The notes: a model not told the origin generated them from the letters alone. Shown: positions 10,288 to 20,535, counted from the stretch's first letter. The stretch is DNA of 64,000 nt from Bacillota bacterium (GCA_023424785.1 JAFADP010000005.1:19905-83904); one strand, 5' to 3'. Translations and numbers: made by a program.

Positions 10288-10361
10288 GAAAATACCCCCT
10301 TTTTTATTTTAATTTGTATACTCTGCCCCAAGAATATAAGATTATATAATTTATCTCTTTT

Positions 10362-10390
10362 ATTTTAACATATTATCCTATAAATAACAA
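10362..10390 (-). promoter_or_regulatory. sigmaA promoter of nifV-ybhJ
   Basis: Minus strand TTGTTA-N17-TAAAAT with a TGn extended -10. Confidence 0.5.
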
Positions 10391-10539
10391 TAGATCCAAT
10401 ATTGCTTTTGCAAGTTTCAATCATCACTCTTTCAATATATAATATTTTTTTTATTTTTATTCCTATTTAAAAAGATTTATTGCAAGTTTTTATATAAATA
10501 TTGCAATAAAAAAAGAGTGCTAATTTAGCACATCTCTTT

Positions 10540-12651
10540 TTATAAATAAGTATTTATATGGTTTTCTGTATGAGTTATTCTGTCTTTTCTCTCATTATAC
10601 TTTCCAGGTCCAAATCTCTCATCTAAACTTAAGTAACCTGTTACTCTTGAAATGCCTTGAATATTAGCACTATTACACTTTGGACATTTACATTCATTAC
10701 TAAATAATTGCTCTCCACATTCCTTACAATATCTTATATGGAAGTTTATTCCCATATATCCCATATTAGTATTAGTAAATGCGTAATTTACTATATCCAT
10801 AATTATCTCCGCTGTTGGATTATCATCTACTTCAATATAACTTATATGTCCTCCACTACATAATTTGTGGTATGGAGCTTCTATATCTATTTTTCTTTTT
10901 ATTGATATAGGATAATTAACAGGTATATGATAACTATTTGTATAATATTCTTTATCAGTTACTCCTGGTATTAATCCAAACATCTTTTTATCATACTTTA
11001 TGAACTTTCCTGATAGACCTTCTGCTGGAGTTGCATAAGTACTCCAATTTAACTTAGTTTCTTCTGTAAACTTATCTAGTTTCTCTCTTAAAAAAGTAAT
11101 AATTCTTAATCCTAATTCTCTAGATGAATCATCCTCTCCATGATGCTTTCCTGTTAATGCAACTAAGGTTTCCGCAAGTCCAATAAATCCTATTCCCCAT
11201 GTACCTTGTTTTAAAATAGGTTCAATTGAATCATCTTGTTGTAAGTTCTCTGACCCTTTCATTAAATGTTGTCCTACTACAAAAGGTAAGTCCTTTACTC
11301 TTAATTTCTTTAAAACATTATATCTATGAAGCAATGATTCTTTTGCAAAATCAATTCTTTCATTAAAAATGCTAAAAAACTCATCAATATTTCCTTTTGC
11401 CTGTATTCCTATTCTAGGAAGATTTATTGTTACTGGAGCAATATTTCCTCTTCCCTTACATCCTGGTTCTCCATTAACATTCTTCATAAGATATGTTCTA
11501 CATCCCATAGTAGCTGGCATATATCCTTGATCATAATACTCTTTATTAAAATCTGCATCTATGTTCATAAATGTTGGATTCATTCTTTTAGCTGCTACTT
11601 TACAAGCTAATTTATATAAATAGAAATATGGATCACCTTCATTCTTATTAATTCCATCCTTAACTCTAAATATTATGTTAGGAAAAATAGGTTGTTCTCC
11701 TTTTCCTAATCCCTTTTCATATTCTAATAAAAATATCTCACAAATTAATGCTGCATCTTTATTATTCGGAATTCCCAAATTAATAGAACTAAATGGAACC
11801 TGTGATCCTGCACGAGAATGCATAGTATTTAAATTATATACTATTCCTTGCATAGCTTGATGAATTCTTTTTATTAATCTTTTTTCAACTAATTCATCTA
11901 ATATATCATCTTTAACTCCTAGTTCTATAAATTCTTGCTTTATTTCTTCTCTTGTAGGTTCAATAAATATAGACAGATCATTATCAAAATCCGGATGTGA
12001 TTGTCCTCCAAACATATCGTTTTGTGTAGATTGTAATAATATACATGAAAGCTCTGCAGCACTTTCTATTCTCTTTGGAACTTTTATAGTACCATATCCA
12101 GTATTAAATCCTCTTTCTAATACCTCTTTTGTTGGTATATGAAGACAATTAGTAGTTAAATTATAACTATCTAAATCGTGATAATATAAATCTCCTACTT
12201 CATGTAACTTTGCTAGATACTTAGGCATAGTAGCAAGATTATGCCACTTATTTGATTCTGATGCAATTCTTAAAAGCTTTGAACTGAAATTATTACCTAC
12301 ATTGGCATTATCTCTGTCTGTTTCTACTCCAATCTTTTCAATAGCCTTCATTAAATCAGATTTTATATCTCTTATTTTTGTTCTCTCTATTCTATAATTT
12401 GAATAAGCATTTGCTATATCTGTAAATTCTTCATCTTCCAACGCTTTTTCAACTAAATTTTGTATCTCTTCAACCTGTACTTTACTCTTTTCTTCTCTAT
12501 CTATATAATTTATTACTTTTTGTACAGTCTTATTTACCATTCCAAGTTCAAACTCTGATCCTACTTCATCAGCAGCACCTTTTATAGCTTGAGCTATCTT
12601 ATCTTTATCAAATTCTACTTCTCTGCCATCCCTCTTAACAACATATAGCAT
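10540..12651 (-). CDS. nrdD: Class III anaerobic ribonucleoside-triphosphate reductase
   Basis: N-terminal ATP-cone (VVKRDGR), MGCRT finger loop, YATPAEGL, C-terminal CxxC...CxxC and glycyl-radical motif RVTGYL. Confidence 0.97.
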   Translation of the reverse strand: MLYVVKRDGREVEFDKDKIAQAIKGAADEVGSEFELGMVNKTVQKVINYIDREEKSKVQVEEIQNLVEKALEDEEFTDIANAYSNYRIERTKIRDIKSDLMKAIEKIGVETDRDNANVGNNFSSKLLRIASESNKWHNLATMPKYLAKLHEVGDLYYHDLDSYNLTTNCLHIPTKEVLERGFNTGYGTIKVPKRIESAAELSCILLQSTQNDMFGGQSHPDFDNDLSIFIEPTREEIKQEFIELGVKDDILDELVEKRLIKRIHQAMQGIVYNLNTMHSRAGSQVPFSSINLGIPNNKDAALICEIFLLEYEKGLGKGEQPIFPNIIFRVKDGINKNEGDPYFYLYKLACKVAAKRMNPTFMNIDADFNKEYYDQGYMPATMGCRTYLMKNVNGEPGCKGRGNIAPVTINLPRIGIQAKGNIDEFFSIFNERIDFAKESLLHRYNVLKKLRVKDLPFVVGQHLMKGSENLQQDDSIEPILKQGTWGIGFIGLAETLVALTGKHHGEDDSSRELGLRIITFLREKLDKFTEETKLNWSTYATPAEGLSGKFIKYDKKMFGLIPGVTDKEYYTNSYHIPVNYPISIKRKIDIEAPYHKLCSGGHISYIEVDDNPTAEIIMDIVNYAFTNTNMGYMGINFHIRYCKECGEQLFSNECKCPKCNSANIQGISRVTGYLSLDERFGPGKYNERKDRITHTENHINTYL

Positions 12652-12667
12652 TTTAACACCTCTCCAA

Positions 12668-12683
12668 ACACAATATATAGTAA
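12668..12683. promoter_or_regulatory. NrdR box
   Basis: ACACAATATATAGTAA matches the NrdR consensus acaCwAtATaTwGtgt; lies between the nrdD promoter (minus strand TTGAAA-N17-TATAAT, 12695-12723) and the RBS. Confidence 0.85.
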
Positions 12684-12862
12684 TATTACGATTTATTATA
12701 CTTCATACTTTTTTATATTTCAATTTAGTTATGTTTGCATTATTTAGATAAATTTATGCCTAATCACATTTTATCCCCTCTTTTCTTCAATTATTAAATC
12801 TTTTCATCTGTCTATTATTTTATTTATTACTAACATAAACATATAAAAAGGAGGTTTTATAT

Positions 12863-13876
12863 ATGAGAAAAAAAATTTTATTTACTTCTTTAATGTTATT
12901 TCTTCTTACTATTTTAGGATGTAACAAAAGTAATTTAGACTCTAAAGAAACCTTTAGTAATTTACCTAACGATAATAAAAGCTTAACTTCTTATTATACT
13001 GGTGAAAAAATAACAACTGATGAAAATAGTTTACCTGCTTTTATGATTGTTATAGAAAATTCTACTAACTCAAGACCTCAAAGTGGATTATCACAAGCTG
13101 ATATAATTTATGAAACTTCTGCTGAAGGTGGTATTCCTAGATTTATTGCATTATTTCAATCTGAATCCCCTGAAATAATTGGACCTGTAAGAAGTGTACG
13201 ATCTTACTTTTTAGACTTAGCTAAAGAAAGAAATCTACCATTTGCTCATTGTGGTGGTTCTGAAGAAGCATTAAATGAAATTAACACTAATTCTTCACTT
13301 ATGAGTATAAATGAAATATCTAATGGTGATTATTTTTGGAGAGATAATACTAGAAATGCCCCTCATAATTTGTATACTTCTTCTAAAAACATTAGAAAGT
13401 TTATTTCATATAAATCATGGAATATAAAAAATAATAGTTTTTTCAAATTTGATGATAATTTTTTTAACTCCGATAATCTTACTAAAGCACTAAATGTTTT
13501 TATTAAAGTTAACAGAACATATAACACAAGTTATTTTTATGAAGACAATCTTTATACAAAGTATATGGATGGAGAAATAGCGATAGATAAGAACACTAAT
13601 AAGCCTCTTACCTTTTCTAACATAATAATTCAAAAAACATCTATAAATTTAAACAAGGATAACATTCACCTTGATATACAGCTTATAGGTAGTGGTTATG
13701 GGTATGTACTCTCTAAAGGAAAAATATTAAAAGTAACATGGAAAAAAGATAATGCATACTCAAACACTATATTATATGATGAAAATGGAAATGAGGTTCC
13801 TTTATCTCCAGGCAAAACAATTTGGAATATAATAGATAATGAATCTGTAATACAAGTAGATGATATGATTTTATAG
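12863..13876 (+). CDS. Lipoprotein, DUF3048/YerB family
   Basis: Lipobox ILGC; IEN...RPQSGL..ADIIYE...EGGI.RF; GPVRSVR; APHNLY. Confidence 0.88.
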   Translation: MRKKILFTSLMLFLLTILGCNKSNLDSKETFSNLPNDNKSLTSYYTGEKITTDENSLPAFMIVIENSTNSRPQSGLSQADIIYETSAEGGIPRFIALFQSESPEIIGPVRSVRSYFLDLAKERNLPFAHCGGSEEALNEINTNSSLMSINEISNGDYFWRDNTRNAPHNLYTSSKNIRKFISYKSWNIKNNSFFKFDDNFFNSDNLTKALNVFIKVNRTYNTSYFYEDNLYTKYMDGEIAIDKNTNKPLTFSNIIIQKTSINLNKDNIHLDIQLIGSGYGYVLSKGKILKVTWKKDNAYSNTILYDENGNEVPLSPGKTIWNIIDNESVIQVDDMIL

Positions 13877-13994
13877 TTTTTTTATATTTAGTTGAATAAC
13901 ATTAGCACTTCTGATATATTATAACCATATCAATACTGATAATGTTATTACTAATGATAATATAGGTTCTTTTCATTTTAGGAGGTTAATATAA

Positions 13995-14837
13995 ATGCAA
14001 AAAATCGCAATTTTAACAGATAGTGCTTCTGATTTAACTATGGAGACATTAGAAAAACATAATATAAAACTTGCTCCATTTAGAATAATTTACTCTACTG
14101 GTGAATACGAAGATAAGATTACAATACAAGCAGATGAAGTATATGAAAAATTAGAAAAAGAGGTTCCTACAACATCTTTACCTAGTGCTGAGACAATCAA
14201 TAAGATACTTGATGAACTAGAAGAAGAAGGATATACACATGTTATATCTATTAATATCTCTAGTGAACTTTCTGGAACATCAAATGCTATAAGATTAATA
14301 TTAGAAGATCGTCCAAATCTAACTTCATTTGTATATGATTCAAAGACTCTTACAGCAGCTGAAGGATATATAGCATTACAGGCTGCATTAATGGTTGAAG
14401 AAGGAAAAACATTCGAAGAAATAGTTTCAGCACTACCTAATATAAGAAAAAAATGTAATGTTTATTTTACTCTAAATACATTAGAGTATTTAAAAAAAGG
14501 TGGAAGAATAGGTAAGGTTAGTGGAACTATTGGAGAAATCCTTAACCTTAAACCAGTTATTCATGTTGGTGATGATGGAATATATAATACCTATGCAAAA
14601 GTTAGAGGAAGAAAACAATCTCTTAATAAACTAACTGGTATTATAAAAGATTATTTATCTAAAGGTAAATGTAACATATGGATAATGCATGGATGTGCAC
14701 CTGATGAAGGTAAAGAATTCTTTGAATCAATAAAAAAGCTTGATAATATAAATGAAATACATTTCTCATATATTGGACCTGCCCTTGGAGTTCATACTGG
14801 TCCAGGATTAATAGGTGCTTTTATTTATGAGGTTTAA
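13995..14837 (+). CDS. DegV family fatty-acid-binding protein (FakB-like)
   Basis: ILTDSASDL, TTSLPS, SSELSGT, YLKKGGRIG, GVHTGPG. Confidence 0.95.
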   Translation: MQKIAILTDSASDLTMETLEKHNIKLAPFRIIYSTGEYEDKITIQADEVYEKLEKEVPTTSLPSAETINKILDELEEEGYTHVISINISSELSGTSNAIRLILEDRPNLTSFVYDSKTLTAAEGYIALQAALMVEEGKTFEEIVSALPNIRKKCNVYFTLNTLEYLKKGGRIGKVSGTIGEILNLKPVIHVGDDGIYNTYAKVRGRKQSLNKLTGIIKDYLSKGKCNIWIMHGCAPDEGKEFFESIKKLDNINEIHFSYIGPALGVHTGPGLIGAFIYEV

Positions 14838-14845
14838 TTAAAAAA

Positions 14846-15298
14846 ATGAGTAACCTTGATTTTATGGATGCAAAGGATATTAAAGCAGAAGAAAAAAGAC
14901 TTTATGAAGAATATAAAGCTAAAGTCGCAGAATTAAAAAAGGTTCAAAGAGAAAAAGACTCTGTTGGTCAAATCTTCACAAAGGGACTTCTTCCAATTTA
15001 TGTACTTTATATTTTAAATATAGAGCCTACAAACGGAAATGAAATATCAAAAAAAATTGGTAAAAGAACTAATGGTTTATGGATACCAAGCACTGGAGGA
15101 ATTTATCCTCTTTTAAAAAAATTAGAAAAGCAAGGTTTTATTATTGGAGAATGGGATGACCCAAATAAAAAGTTTCAAAAAATATATAGCTTAACTGATA
15201 AAGGTAGAAAAGAATTTGAAGCAAAAAAACAAATTCTTAAACCTAAAATAGAAGAAGCTTTTAAAGTTTTTCAAATAATATATTCTGATTTATATTAA
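14846..15298 (+). CDS. PadR family transcriptional regulator with charged N-terminal extension
   Basis: wHTH PSTGGIYPLLKKLEKQG...KIYSLTDKG. Confidence 0.9.
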   Translation: MSNLDFMDAKDIKAEEKRLYEEYKAKVAELKKVQREKDSVGQIFTKGLLPIYVLYILNIEPTNGNEISKKIGKRTNGLWIPSTGGIYPLLKKLEKQGFIIGEWDDPNKKFQKIYSLTDKGRKEFEAKKQILKPKIEEAFKVFQIIYSDLY

Positions 15299-15361
15299 GA
15301 TATACTTTTTAGTATATCTTTTTATATTTTGGTAAATCATATCCTTAAGAGGTGATAACTT

Positions 15362-15538
15362 ATGAAAGGGTTACTTATTGATAAAAATGATACTGATGGT
15401 TTTATTATACTACAAGATGATTCAATAATATCTATACCACTTTCAAATATAAAGGATAATAATGTTGGGTCTACTGTTGAATTCTCTCTTTTAAAAACTA
15501 ATCACTATTTTCCTAAATTCAAAGATAATATATATTAA
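15362..15538 (+). CDS. Unannotated 58-aa small protein (MKGLLIDKNDTDGFIILQDDSIISIPLSNIKDNNVGSTVEFSLLKTNHYFPKFKDNIY)
   Basis: Strong RBS AAGAGGTGA 6 nt before the ATG; fills the padR-mrp gap; ends at a bidirectional terminator. Confidence 0.75.
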   Translation: MKGLLIDKNDTDGFIILQDDSIISIPLSNIKDNNVGSTVEFSLLKTNHYFPKFKDNIY

Positions 15539-15576
15539 AAAAAATGTAGCACCTCTTATAGATGCTACATTTTTTT
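15537..15576. terminator. Bidirectional terminator between the small ORF and mrp
   Basis: A-run-TGTAGCA..TGCTACA-T-run. Confidence 0.8.
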
Positions 15577-16426
15577 AATATAATCCTTCAAAAATTAATG
15601 AGAATAAAGGATTTTCTCTCACATATTCTTCTGCCTTACCTTCTTCTAAAGCCTCTGTGAAGTCTAAATCTATTGGTAGCTCTCCAATTAAAGGTAATCC
15701 TAAATACTCTGCATGTTCTTCTGATGACTTCTTGCTAAATACATTTATTTTCTTATCGCAATCAGAACATCTTATATATGCCATATTTTCAACTACTCCT
15801 CTAACCTTTATTCCTATTTTTTCTGCCATTATTACTACCTTCTTAACAATCATAGAAACCATATCTTGTGGAGTTGATACTATAACCATTTCTTTTATAG
15901 GGAATTCTTGCATAACTGTTAATGCAATATCTCCTGTTCCTGGTGGCATGTCTATTAATAAATAATCTAAGTCTCCCCACTCACTATCTAAATATAGTTG
16001 TTGTAATACTCCTGTTATAACAGGTCCTCTCCATATAACAGGTTGATCCTCAACTTGTGTAACTAAATTCATTGACATAACCTTTATTCCACTGTCAGTT
16101 TCTACTGGTTCAAATTTAAAGCTACTCTCATTTACAGGTATCATTTTTGCTCTTTTTTCATTTATACCAAAGAATCTTGGCATAGATGGACCTGTTATAT
16201 CTGCATCTAATACTCCTACAGAATAACCTTTCTTTCTTAACATTGTAGCAATTACACCTGTTATAGTAGATTTTCCAACTCCTCCTTTACCACTTATTAC
16301 TCCAATAATATTCTTAACATTTCCATACTTAGGTAACATCTTCATTGAAATATTAGTTGTTGAACATGTTGTTATACCTTTAGAAGCACATGCTTCTTTA
16401 CTTGAACAATTTGAACAATTACTCAT
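15575..16426 (-). CDS. Mrp/NBP35/ApbC Fe-S cluster carrier ATPase
   Basis: SGKGGVGKS, DADITGPS, VIWRGP, DMPPGTGD, ENM...CxxC; Cys-rich N-terminus. Confidence 0.95.
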   Translation of the reverse strand: MSNCSNCSSKEACASKGITTCSTTNISMKMLPKYGNVKNIIGVISGKGGVGKSTITGVIATMLRKKGYSVGVLDADITGPSMPRFFGINEKRAKMIPVNESSFKFEPVETDSGIKVMSMNLVTQVEDQPVIWRGPVITGVLQQLYLDSEWGDLDYLLIDMPPGTGDIALTVMQEFPIKEMVIVSTPQDMVSMIVKKVVIMAEKIGIKVRGVVENMAYIRCSDCDKKINVFSKKSSEEHAEYLGLPLIGELPIDLDFTEALEEGKAEEYVRENPLFSLIFEGLY

Positions 16427-16447
16427 TATATTTTTCTCCTTTTCGTT

Positions 16448-17278
16448 TTACCAATTATCTGGCTTTGTATTTACTTCTCCTATATTAATGCTCCAGTCTT
16501 TTCCTTCATAGGTTCCTTGAACATAATAAGTACCATATACTTTATTCTTTTTATCATCTACAGTAATTGTAGTTTTAAATAACTTGCTAGTATATCCTCT
16601 ATTTTTAACTGTAATAACAGTATCAAAGTTTTCAATGTTATTATTAACTAATTCTGTACCACTAATTACCTTATCTAGATCTTTTTTAAACTTTTCCAAG
16701 TTTACAGATAATACATACTTTAAGCAATCTACATCCCCTGCTATATTTACTCCAATTTTATTACCCTTACCTAATCTTTCTTTTTCAGCTTTTAATACTT
16801 CTAATATAGAATTATAATATATATTCTGAAAATCTCTAGGTTTTCTAACAAATGATAAATTATCTATTATAGTGTCATCTAGATTCTTAGAGATTAAGTA
16901 TGAGTTTTTTTCGTCATAAAAATTACCTATATCATTTTCACTAAATCCAACAACATACTTATATGATTTTACATCTTCTCCTATGTAAATATCAAATATG
17001 TAATCTGCATCTAATTCAGTCTTTTCTTCTGTAATTTTCCCAGATGATAATATATTATATATATCATTTACTGCATTTTTATCTGTTACAACAAATCTAA
17101 ACCCTGCATCTCTAGTGCTTTGTATTATAATCTTATTTACCTTATTTTCTTTAATATATTCAAAATCATTATTTTTAAGTCCTAACTTAACCATTCCATT
17201 ATCAATTAGTTGACATCCCGAAAATAATGAAGCTACTAATACAACAAAAGTAATTATTAAAAATTTACTTTTCTTCAC
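16448..17278 (-). CDS. Conserved hypothetical lipoprotein
   Basis: Likely GTG start at 17278 (AGGAG RBS, overlaps the end of lgt); signal MKKSKFLII...LFSGC lipobox. Confidence 0.75.
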   Translation of the reverse strand: MKKSKFLIITFVVLVASLFSGCQLIDNGMVKLGLKNNDFEYIKENKVNKIIIQSTRDAGFRFVVTDKNAVNDIYNILSSGKITEEKTELDADYIFDIYIGEDVKSYKYVVGFSENDIGNFYDEKNSYLISKNLDDTIIDNLSFVRKPRDFQNIYYNSILEVLKAEKERLGKGNKIGVNIAGDVDCLKYVLSVNLEKFKKDLDKVISGTELVNNNIENFDTVITVKNRGYTSKLFKTTITVDDKKNKVYGTYYVQGTYEGKDWSINIGEVNTKPDNW

Positions 17279-18041
17279 TAGCTCTATTCTCCTTTCCTCT
17301 ATTAACAACATAAAAAATTATTATTCCAAATATTAATGTAAAAATAGCTATAAATTGAGATGTTGATAGTATTCCTACATTTCCTCTTGGATCATTTCTT
17401 AAAAATTCTACAAAGAATCTGCCAATACTATATAGAATAATATATAAAGAGAACGTTTTTCCTTTAACTTTACTTCTCTTAAAATAATATAATAAGAAAA
17501 CTCCTAAAATGAAGTCAAATATAGATGAATATATCTGCGTTGGATGAAGATGAACTCCTGATGGTGCAAATGATAATTCATTATTTGGAAAAACTACTCC
17601 TATTGGCAGTGAAGTTTCTGCTCCATAACAACATCCTGCTAAAAAACATCCTATTCTTCCAAATCCTTGAGCTATTGCTACTGCTGGAACAACTGAATCT
17701 AATAAATCTAAAGTATTCCAATTCTTTCTCTTACAATAAGCATATATAGCCAAAGCACCAAAAATTATAGCTCCATATACTACAAATCCATTTCCAAAAT
17801 CAAGTAATATAGATGGATTTTTTATTATATCTTTTATTTCTGTTACTATAAATAATATTTTTCCACCTAAAACTCCCATTATTACAGTAATTAAAATAAG
17901 ATTAAATATACTGTCTTCATCATAGCCTTTTGCTTTTGAATTACTGGTAAATATGTAAGAAGCCACCAATATACCTATCATAATCATTAGGCCATAACCA
18001 TATACGTGAAATTTTCCAAATTCAAATAATACCGGTTTCAT
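17265..18041 (-). CDS. lgt: Prolipoprotein diacylglyceryl transferase
   Basis: YG motif, GRIGCFLAGCCYG, HPTQIY, RFFVEFLR. Confidence 0.95.
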   Translation of the reverse strand: MKPVLFEFGKFHVYGYGLMIMIGILVASYIFTSNSKAKGYDEDSIFNLILITVIMGVLGGKILFIVTEIKDIIKNPSILLDFGNGFVVYGAIIFGALAIYAYCKRKNWNTLDLLDSVVPAVAIAQGFGRIGCFLAGCCYGAETSLPIGVVFPNNELSFAPSGVHLHPTQIYSSIFDFILGVFLLYYFKRSKVKGKTFSLYIILYSIGRFFVEFLRNDPRGNVGILSTSQFIAIFTLIFGIIIFYVVNRGKENRASEEK

Positions 18042-18154
18042 ACTCCCTCCTTAGTATAAAATAATACATAATATATTAGGAGAAGCTTATTAGCTTCTCC
18101 TAATATATTTAAATTATAATACTTTAGTATACTATTGGCAAATTTTAATTTACT

Positions 18155-19612
18155 CTATTGCTTTGTTGGAATAACTACAGTAGATTTCTTATAATCATAG
18201 AACATAAACCAACAACCTTCAGGACTACTGCTATCTTTTGTCCATGTTACAAAGCCAGTTTTTCCTGCATAAGGTTGTTCATCCTCATCTCTACCTCCTG
18301 GGACTCCGTATACTATATAATCTACATATCCTAGTGAATTACACTTGAATCCAATCATAAAGTATCCGTACTTCTTTATATAAGGAAAATAACTTAGCAT
18401 TGGATAATAAATTATGTTGTATTTATTGTAATCAGAAACATTACACATATCATCTAATGAATTAATTTTCACCTTATACCACTTACAATATTTTATTTCT
18501 TTAAATGCTCCCTTACATTCTTCAAAACCTTTTGATATATTTTCAAAGAATTTTCCTAATGAGCCTTTTAATTCAAAGTCTTTATGATCATTTCTATAAG
18601 CTGGTAAATCTCTATAATCATTTCTATAAGTTTGTGTTATTTTTTCTACCTCTCTCATTCTTTGAGGTTTTTCATAATTATTATTTTCTTTATTATTAAC
18701 ACTTGGTGATGTTTCATAATTATAAGTATGTTCTTGCTTATCTATATTATCTTCAATTGATTTATTATTTAATTCTTCTAAAATATCTTCTTTATTATTT
18801 TCAACTAATTCTATTTCTATTTCACTATTTCTTCTTTTATCAATAGTACTTTCATATTCATCAAAAGTTATAGGTGACTCTCCTCTCTTAAGACAAGGAT
18901 CTTCACAAGCTATGCCTTTAATTCTTGTGTCGCGGCACTCCTCACATTCACCTTCATGCTCTTCATATTTAGCATACTCTTTATGTTTATCATGCTCTTC
19001 ATGTTTATCACACTCATCATGATGGTGTTCTTCATGATCATCATGTTTTTCATATTTACAAGAATCACAAATATTATCCTTACTATATTGCTCTTTTTCT
19101 TTATATTCCTTCTTATCTTCTTTCTTTATATCTTTAGTAAGTTTTTTCTCTTCCTTATCTATTACATTTTTATACGAGTCACTACATTTTGATATTTTAA
19201 GTTCTTTCCAATCATCATTCACAGACTCACCATTTATGAATCCATACATTATAAATCTTGGTTTTCCGTCACTATATTTACATAGTCCAGCGCCTGATAT
19301 CTTATCATAGGCTAAATCCATTCCCCCAATATCACCAATATAATACTCTCTCAAAGATTCTCCCTTTCCTACTTTATCTACTTTCAAGGAGCCTAAATCC
19401 ACTATCTTTTTCATATCTTTTTTATAGCAGATAAGTATCATATAATAATCATCATCTTTTTTTAGATTTTGAGCATAAAATGATATTGTACACTTTTCAT
19501 TTCTTGCTTCTATTTTTGCATATCCTGATAGAGGTTTATCACCTTCTCCTAAGCACTCTTTTTTGTCCTCCTGAAGTATTATAAAATTCCTATACAATTT
19601 ATTATGTGACAA
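18155..19612 (-). CDS. Hypothetical protein with globular termini and a central His/Glu/Cys-rich low-complexity region; possibly sporulation-related
   Basis: 485-aa ORF, TTG start with AGGAG RBS; YGVPG motif in the C-terminal domain; sigmaE-like promoter at 19647-19674. Confidence 0.75.
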   Translation of the reverse strand: MSHNKLYRNFIILQEDKKECLGEGDKPLSGYAKIEARNEKCTISFYAQNLKKDDDYYMILICYKKDMKKIVDLGSLKVDKVGKGESLREYYIGDIGGMDLAYDKISGAGLCKYSDGKPRFIMYGFINGESVNDDWKELKISKCSDSYKNVIDKEEKKLTKDIKKEDKKEYKEKEQYSKDNICDSCKYEKHDDHEEHHHDECDKHEEHDKHKEYAKYEEHEGECEECRDTRIKGIACEDPCLKRGESPITFDEYESTIDKRRNSEIEIELVENNKEDILEELNNKSIEDNIDKQEHTYNYETSPSVNNKENNNYEKPQRMREVEKITQTYRNDYRDLPAYRNDHKDFELKGSLGKFFENISKGFEECKGAFKEIKYCKWYKVKINSLDDMCNVSDYNKYNIIYYPMLSYFPYIKKYGYFMIGFKCNSLGYVDYIVYGVPGGRDEDEQPYAGKTGFVTWTKDSSSPEGCWFMFYDYKKSTVVIPTKQ

Positions 19613-19680
19613 GCTCCTATTTCCTCCACATATATTATTTCAATAAATTATATGCTTTGGTAATAATATTATGAATTTTT

Positions 19681-20535
19681 CTAGTTACTTTTGTTCTTCA
19701 CATCATATATAGCATCAGATAAATTTGCAAACTCTTCTAATGTTAAAGTTTCTCCTCTTCTTTTAGGGTCTATATTTGAAGCTTCAAATGCCTTTTCTAA
19801 ACAATCTTTTGATATACCTAAGAACTTAACACCATTCCATAAAGTTTTTCTTCTCATATTAAAAGAACTTCTTATAATATCAAACATTAACTTTTCATCT
19901 TTAGGTTTTACTCTAGTTTCATTTAACCTATCTAATCTTATTACAATTGAATCTACTTTTGGTTGAGGTATAAAACATCCAGGCGCAACTCTTCTTACTA
20001 TCTTTGTATCACAATAATATTGAACTAATAAAGATAATGCTCCATAATCCTTAGTACTAGGTTCAGCATCTATTCTTTCAGCAACCTCTTTTTGTATCAT
20101 TATAGTTAATGATTTAAATTTATAATTTTCTTTTAGCAATCTTGCTATTATAGGAGTTGTTACATAGTATGGTAAATTAGCTACAAGCTTAACACTTTTT
20201 TCATCTCCTATTATTTCATTAAAATCTACTTTAAGAGCATCATTATGTATTAAACTAAAATTAGGCTGATCTCCTAACTCTTCTTGTAATATAGGAATTA
20301 AATCATTATCAAGTTCAACTGCTACAACTCTCTTAGCTTTAGTTAAAAGCTGAGCTGTTAAAGAACCAACTCCTGGTCCAATTTCTATAACTAAATCCTC
20401 TTCTGTAACCTCTGCTCCATTCACAATATCCTTAAGAACTGATTCATCAGTTAAGAAATTCTGTCCTAAACTCTTAGAAAATTTGAAATTATATTTTTTT
20501 ACTAACTCTTGAGTATTGTAATTTCTTATATCCAT
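19681..20535 (-). CDS. rsmA: 16S rRNA m6(2)A dimethyltransferase (KsgA)
   Basis: [28 protein letters not shown]. Confidence 0.98.
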   Translation of the reverse strand: MDIRNYNTQELVKKYNFKFSKSLGQNFLTDESVLKDIVNGAEVTEEDLVIEIGPGVGSLTAQLLTKAKRVVAVELDNDLIPILQEELGDQPNFSLIHNDALKVDFNEIIGDEKSVKLVANLPYYVTTPIIARLLKENYKFKSLTIMIQKEVAERIDAEPSTKDYGALSLLVQYYCDTKIVRRVAPGCFIPQPKVDSIVIRLDRLNETRVKPKDEKLMFDIIRSSFNMRRKTLWNGVKFLGISKDCLEKAFEASNIDPKRRGETLTLEEFANLSDAIYDVKNKSN

